A stretch of 41,870 nucleotides of DNA from Thermodesulfovibrionales bacterium (GTDB lineage: Bacteria; Nitrospirota; Thermodesulfovibrionia; Thermodesulfovibrionales; UBA6898): assembly GCA_044450345.1 (NCBI GenBank), contig JBIOIY010000023.1, positions 1-41,870 on the forward strand, in the 5' to 3' direction. Positions within the stretch are counted from its first letter, which is position 1; each line of letters opens with the position of its first letter. Position numbers and translations under genes: made by a program. Under the pieces are notes generated by a model. That model was given only the letters and a program-made list of their open reading frames with translations. It did not search any database and was not told the origin of the DNA. Shown here one piece after another: positions 37,623-41,870 of the stretch.

Positions 37623-37777
37623 TCGCCTTTTCTAATAATATTATATCACCCTGCAGGTTGCCCTGCTATTTAATCTTTCTTATTAAATCGATTAAGGTAT
37701 TAAATAATTATTTAAATACAGCAGGATAAACCAGCATGGCCCCTTTTTGAAGGCATCCTGCCGGTGTGGCCCCCGCA

Positions 37778-38086
37778 TTACTTCCGCGGAGCTTCCCTGA
37801 TCCCTATCTCCTTCCCCACCTTTCTCACAAGCTTTTCGTCGTGCTTCAGAATGTTCATGCAGGGCGGGCCTTCGCAGGTCACCGCGTTGACGAGTTCATC
37901 GAGGGTACGGTATTTCGTCTTCATCTGTTCTTTATCTATTACGACATTTCCGTTGAGCACGGTTGAACCGTCATGGCAGGCCTCGCACATCCTTTCCCAT
38001 AAACTTATACGCGGAGATTTGTAGCTGAGACCGGCCAGCAGAGGGAAAAGCAAAATAATGATAATGCTCACGACCCTTTTAATCAT
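37778..38086 (-). CDS. Small monoheme c-type cytochrome
   Basis: Start reassigned to ATG 38086 (AAGGGG RBS). N-terminal hydrophobic segment, CEACH, and a distal Met in CEGPPCM. Confidence 0.75.
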   Translation of the reverse strand: MIKRVVSIIIILLFPLLAGLSYKSPRISLWERMCEACHDGSTVLNGNVVIDKEQMKTKYRTLDELVNAVTCEGPPCMNILKHDEKLVRKVGKEIGIREAPRK

Positions 38087-38369
38087 GACTTCGTCCCCTT
38101 TGTAAAATCGGTTCACAATGTTCGATCTCTTCCTGAAAATATTCACGACATTTGTCCTTTGTTTCATTATATCAATTATCCTCTGCGGTGGATATAGGAA
38201 GAACAGGAGATATACGGAGCGGAAATGAAGCACAATGGGATGCCGGGCCGCGTATCGATATGTAATAGTCTGCACTTTCCGGACATTATGCGTTAGAATA
38301 GTTTTTTAGCTCAGTGAGCGGAAGGTCGGCGCCTTCCCATATCTAATTCGGCGGAACAGGAGCCGCTTT

Positions 38370-39590
38370 ATGATTACAAGGATAATCGTATACAGCATCT
38401 TACTCTGTCTCATTATCTTGACAGCGTATGTTCGCGTAACCAAACACTCCGCCGAAAAAATATATGCCGATATTAAAGAACACAATGCCGGTCCCGTCAT
38501 CTCTCTCGTTCCTTCTTCTTCCTCCCTTAATAATCATCCTTCGCCGCCTCCTGAACCTTCTGAACTTCCGGCCCTCATGGCCGACAACTATGAGCAGGTG
38601 CAGCACCCTCGGGAAAACGAGGAGCGAGCAAGGAGCGGCATCGTCAAGCTGAGGGAGGGGGACTACGCAGGAGCAGCAAAGATCTTTGCCGAGCTTTCAG
38701 AGCATGACAAAGGCGCTCTCTCGGCCGCCGGCCTCTCCTACTTCAGGCTCGGCGACTTCGAAAAGGCCCTATTCTTTCTCGAAAAAGCGGTGGTAGACAA
38801 CGGCAATGACTTCGTTGCCAGAAAGTCCCTCGCCGTCATATACTATAAGACCAATAACCTCGAGAAGAGCCTTGAAAATACCGTCGCCGCCCTTTCGGTG
38901 CAAAGCGACGCCGAGCTCAAAACACTTCATGCCAAGATCACCAGAGATATGCAGGCCCAGGGAAACTACAACGAGGAAAGTTCGTCGCACTTCAAGGTCT
39001 TCTTTGACGGATATGAACACGGAAAAGTGAGCAGGGAAATCACCGGCATTCTGGAAGATGCATACAGGGCCGTGGGCAGAGAACTCGACTACTTCCCGTC
39101 AGAGATGATACAGGTGATCCTTTATACTGGAAAAAATTTCTTTGATGTAACCCAGACGCCCTCATGGACAGCGGGTTGTTACGACGGCAAGATCAGGGTC
39201 CCGATAAGAGGTGCGGACAGGCAAGGCCCTCTCCTCAAAAAGGTCCTCTTTCATGAATATACACACGCCCTCGTCCGCTCCATTACCCAGAGTTGTCCCC
39301 TTTGGATCAACGAGGGCCTTGCGGAATATTTTTCGACCAATTATCCCCGGAAGATAGGACAGGCCATACCGCTGCGCAATCTCGAACGCTCCTTTTCAGG
39401 CCTCGGCGGAAGGGATGTGGGGATCGCTTACATGGAAAGCTATTCGGCTGTCTCATACCTGATCGATAAGTACGGTCTTTACCGCACGAAGCAACTGCTC
39501 CTGTCGCTGTCAAAGGGAGCTGACATCAACCAGGCATTCAGGGACTCCTTCGGCATCACTTATGACGAATTTGTCTCGAAATGGAACTAG
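38370..39590 (+). CDS. Membrane-anchored TPR protein with a gluzincin (peptidase MA-like) domain
   Basis: N-terminal TM, Pro/Ser linker, TPR-like helices, and HEYTH...PLWINEGLAEY. Confidence 0.85.
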   Translation: MITRIIVYSILLCLIILTAYVRVTKHSAEKIYADIKEHNAGPVISLVPSSSSLNNHPSPPPEPSELPALMADNYEQVQHPRENEERARSGIVKLREGDYAGAAKIFAELSEHDKGALSAAGLSYFRLGDFEKALFFLEKAVVDNGNDFVARKSLAVIYYKTNNLEKSLENTVAALSVQSDAELKTLHAKITRDMQAQGNYNEESSSHFKVFFDGYEHGKVSREITGILEDAYRAVGRELDYFPSEMIQVILYTGKNFFDVTQTPSWTAGCYDGKIRVPIRGADRQGPLLKKVLFHEYTHALVRSITQSCPLWINEGLAEYFSTNYPRKIGQAIPLRNLERSFSGLGGRDVGIAYMESYSAVSYLIDKYGLYRTKQLLLSLSKGADINQAFRDSFGITYDEFVSKWN

Positions 39591-39608
39591 TGGTCAAGAA
39601 AAAGTACC

Positions 39609-40088
39609 ATGCTCATCGGCATCATTTCTGACACCCACGACAACATGCCGCAGATCAAAAGGGCGGTCGACCTCTTCAACGAAAGAAAAGTCGGGCACGT
39701 GGTACACGCAGGCGATTTTACATCGCCATTTACGTTTCGCATACTGAAGGATCTCAGCTGCGGTTTTACCGGCATCTTCGGCAATAACGATGGAGACAAA
39801 CTCCTCCTCCAAAAAATGTCCGGGGGACGGGTCTTTAGTCAGCCGCATATCTTTGAGCTGGAAGGCAGGAAGATTGTGGTCATACACGAACATCATATCG
39901 CCGATGCGCTTGCCGACAGCGGCCATTACGACGTTGTGATATACGGCCACACCCATAAGCCTGAAATCAGGAAGGTGAAAAACGCGCTGGTGATCAACCC
40001 AGGAGAGGCTGGCAGCTGGCTCTACGGAAAATCTACTGTGGCAATCGCGGACCTCACTCTGATGACAGCGGAGATAATACCCCTCTGA
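39609..40088 (+). CDS. Metallophosphoesterase (YfcE/MJ0936 family)
   Basis: SDTH, HAGD, GNND, GHTH and NPGE motifs. Confidence 0.93.
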   Translation: MLIGIISDTHDNMPQIKRAVDLFNERKVGHVVHAGDFTSPFTFRILKDLSCGFTGIFGNNDGDKLLLQKMSGGRVFSQPHIFELEGRKIVVIHEHHIADALADSGHYDVVIYGHTHKPEIRKVKNALVINPGEAGSWLYGKSTVAIADLTLMTAEIIPL

Positions 40089-40121
40089 ACTTATGCTGCA
40101 GCGGCGCGCCGCGGATTTTCA

Positions 40122-41870
40122 GTAGAGTAGAGGACTGGCGCGGTAGCAGAATGCCCCGTCTCCAATCCCCCCTCATCAATTCCGTGCATGCGGTTTTCCC
40201 GCACACGGCTTTCCGATTATCTTCTTCCGGCAGCATTCGCACTCTGAGTCCGAGGAGCCTTGGTCGGTACTTCATAGACACCTAAAGTCTCGAAGTAATA
40301 GCTGTTCGGATATGTCGTATATCCAAGACTGTGATAACGATGTTTCCGGCACAGGTATACTCGAATCCTATAGACCAGATAGTTTCTCAAAGCTGACAAG
40401 GCTTTCGTACAGTTGCCATAATGAAAATAACATGCCCACCCTCTTGCGACTGCATTAGCTCTCCGGATTACCTCTTCCGTCGATACAGCACTGTACCGCT
40501 CACTGGTCAACTGTTTGATTTCTGAGCGCACATGTTTGAGTGCCTTTTTCGACGGTTCGGTAAAAGGGTATGAGTATCCGGTTTTCAGCCCTTTCCTCAT
40601 CTTTATGCTGAATCCTAAAAAGGTAAAGCTCTCCTGCCATGCATCCACGACACGAGTCTTTTCCTCATTTAAGGTGAGGCCGAGGTCATTAAGAACCGTC
40701 ATTATCCCTTTCAGTATCCGCTCGGTATTGCCTTTGCACAATACAACAGCATCGTCGGCATACCGTACGAGTCGTGCCCCCAATTTCTCCTGCACTTTCT
40801 TGACCGCCCACAGCGTATCAAGTACGTTCAGGTAAATATTAGCAAGCAAGGGAGATATTACCCCTCCCTGCGGTGTCCCCTTATCGTTTCCCTTGTGCTC
40901 CGACTTCCCATCCTCACGCTCTTCCACAATCGGAGCCCTGAGCCACATCTTGATAAGCTTCAGTATGTGCTTATCCACAATGCGCTTGGCTACCAGTTGC
41001 ATCAGCTTGCCATGAGGAATCGTGTCGAAGTACTTTGAGATATCGGCATCGATAACATCCGTTTTGCCTTCACGAAGGTGCTTCTTTACATCGTCCACCG
41101 CCTGATGGGCGCTCCGTTTCGGTCTGAATCCGTAAGAGTTGTCCTGAAAGTCGGCTTCGAATATGGGCTCTATCACTATCTTTACAGCCATCTGTACTAC
41201 CCTGTCCTTGATTACCGGGATTCCCAGCGGCCTCTTGCCTCCACTTGCCTTTGGGATATACACCCGCCGAACAGGTTGAGGCTTGTAGCATTTCCGCTTA
41301 AGTTCCCCTGCAATCTCTTCAAGATACTTCTCGACTCCTCCTTCCTTCTCCTCTACGCTTTCAAAAGTCTCGCCATCAACTCCAGGCGCTCCTTTGTTCG
41401 CTTTGACAAGGCGATAGGCATGGTTCAGGATGTCCTGCCTGTATACCTTGTCATAGAGGAGATAGAAACGATACTCTTTCTCCTGCTTGGCTTTCCGGTA
41501 TAGTTTCCTCTGAAGTTCCCGAATCTTTTCTGGAGTTTTCAGCACTATGTGCAATCTCCTTTCCTTTGCTTCTTCGAAAACATGATAAAAGTATTGCCCC
41601 TTCCCTCTCCCAAGGTTATGTTGTCCTTGGAATACAATCGGTACACTATGGGCAAATCCGACTCCCTTACCGACCAAGTGAAATTTCGTTTCCTTATATC
41701 CACCGGTTGCTGTCCTGTACAGCATCGGTAAGGGTCTCCCGTGTTCATCGTCGTATGGCTTCCCCTGCGTGTCACCCCTGTTACCCCGGGAGCCCATCTA
41801 TCGGTTACGGTAGTTATTGTCAAGATAGATGCTGCGGTCTTCCCCCTTGTCGGACGGGGTCGACAACTCC
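40122..41870 (-). mobile_element. Group II intron (5' end outside the window), class E-like
   Basis: Domain V GAAAGCCGTGTGCGGGAAAACCGCATGCACGG..TTGATGAGG, domain VI ending CTACTCTAC at 40122, an RT ORF, and structured domain I sequence at 41550-41870. Confidence 0.92.
40217..41545 (-). CDS. ltrA: Group II intron reverse transcriptase/maturase, no endonuclease domain
   Basis: RT0 (LQRKLY.KAK..RFY.LYDK), GAPGVDG, RPLGIP..DR, SYGFRP, GTPQGG.ISPLLAN, RYADD and the X domain (GW..YF). Start is probably GTG 41545 or TTG 41554, after AGGAG. Confidence 0.95.
   Translation of the reverse strand: MLKTPEKIRELQRKLYRKAKQEKEYRFYLLYDKVYRQDILNHAYRLVKANKGAPGVDGETFESVEEKEGGVEKYLEEIAGELKRKCYKPQPVRRVYIPKASGGKRPLGIPVIKDRVVQMAVKIVIEPIFEADFQDNSYGFRPKRSAHQAVDDVKKHLREGKTDVIDADISKYFDTIPHGKLMQLVAKRIVDKHILKLIKMWLRAPIVEEREDGKSEHKGNDKGTPQGGVISPLLANIYLNVLDTLWAVKKVQEKLGARLVRYADDAVVLCKGNTERILKGIMTVLNDLGLTLNEEKTRVVDAWQESFTFLGFSIKMRKGLKTGYSYPFTEPSKKALKHVRSEIKQLTSERYSAVSTEEVIRRANAVARGWACYFHYGNCTKALSALRNYLVYRIRVYLCRKHRYHSLGYTTYPNSYYFETLGVYEVPTKAPRTQSANAAGRR

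Noticed and set aside
38087..38275. N-terminal extension of the cytochrome c ORF
   Set aside because: AT-rich intergenic-like sequence. The RBS and signal segment support ATG 38086.
38305..38365. tRNA (TAGCTCAG D-arm-like sequence)
   Set aside because: No acceptor stem or GTTCRA T-loop at the proper spacing.
40083..40121. attC site as the intron target
   Set aside because: Only GCTGCAGCGG resembles an attC arm. There is no RYYYAAC/GTTRRRY pair in view, and the intron domain V is not of the IIC type known to target attC.
41546..41797. 84-aa N-terminal extension of the intron RT
   Set aside because: It lies in the structured intron RNA. The RBS and family similarity begin at about 41545-41554.

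Overview
Bacterial chromosomal window of mostly housekeeping genes, bounded by two partial mobile elements. The lineage is probably Nitrospirota (Thermodesulfovibrionia-like); this is inferred from protein style and not verified. The left edge holds the end of a probable IS4-family element with a DUF6788-like ORF. The right edge holds a group II intron encoding an RT/maturase without an endonuclease domain. Between them lie pgm, a DUF2079 membrane protein, leuB-asd-mtaD-GDSL, mscS, a DUF748-DUF4197-mscL block, UPF0182, a lytic transglycosylase, a phosphoesterase, ffs-dnaX-ybaB-recR, AAA ATPases, an AT-richer accessory patch (about 29.1-31.7 kb), AKR/OMT/RidA, leuCD, LysR, a c-di-GMP-I riboswitch ahead of two small ORFs missed by the ORF track, a monoheme cytochrome c, a TPR-peptidase and a metallophosphoesterase. 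The most notable observations are: (1) a full-length HisC/CobD homolog that has lost the PLP lysine and several other PLP contacts; (2) a riboswitch-controlled pair of 57-aa proteins; (3) an exported 18-Cys triple-repeat protein; (4) an unassigned structured RNA candidate upstream of pgm; (5) an operator-like palindrome over the IS promoter; (6) a possible envelope lipid-bridge and mechanosensing module; (7) four families of short palindromic repeats, some nested. All family assignments come from motif recognition by eye; no searches were run.
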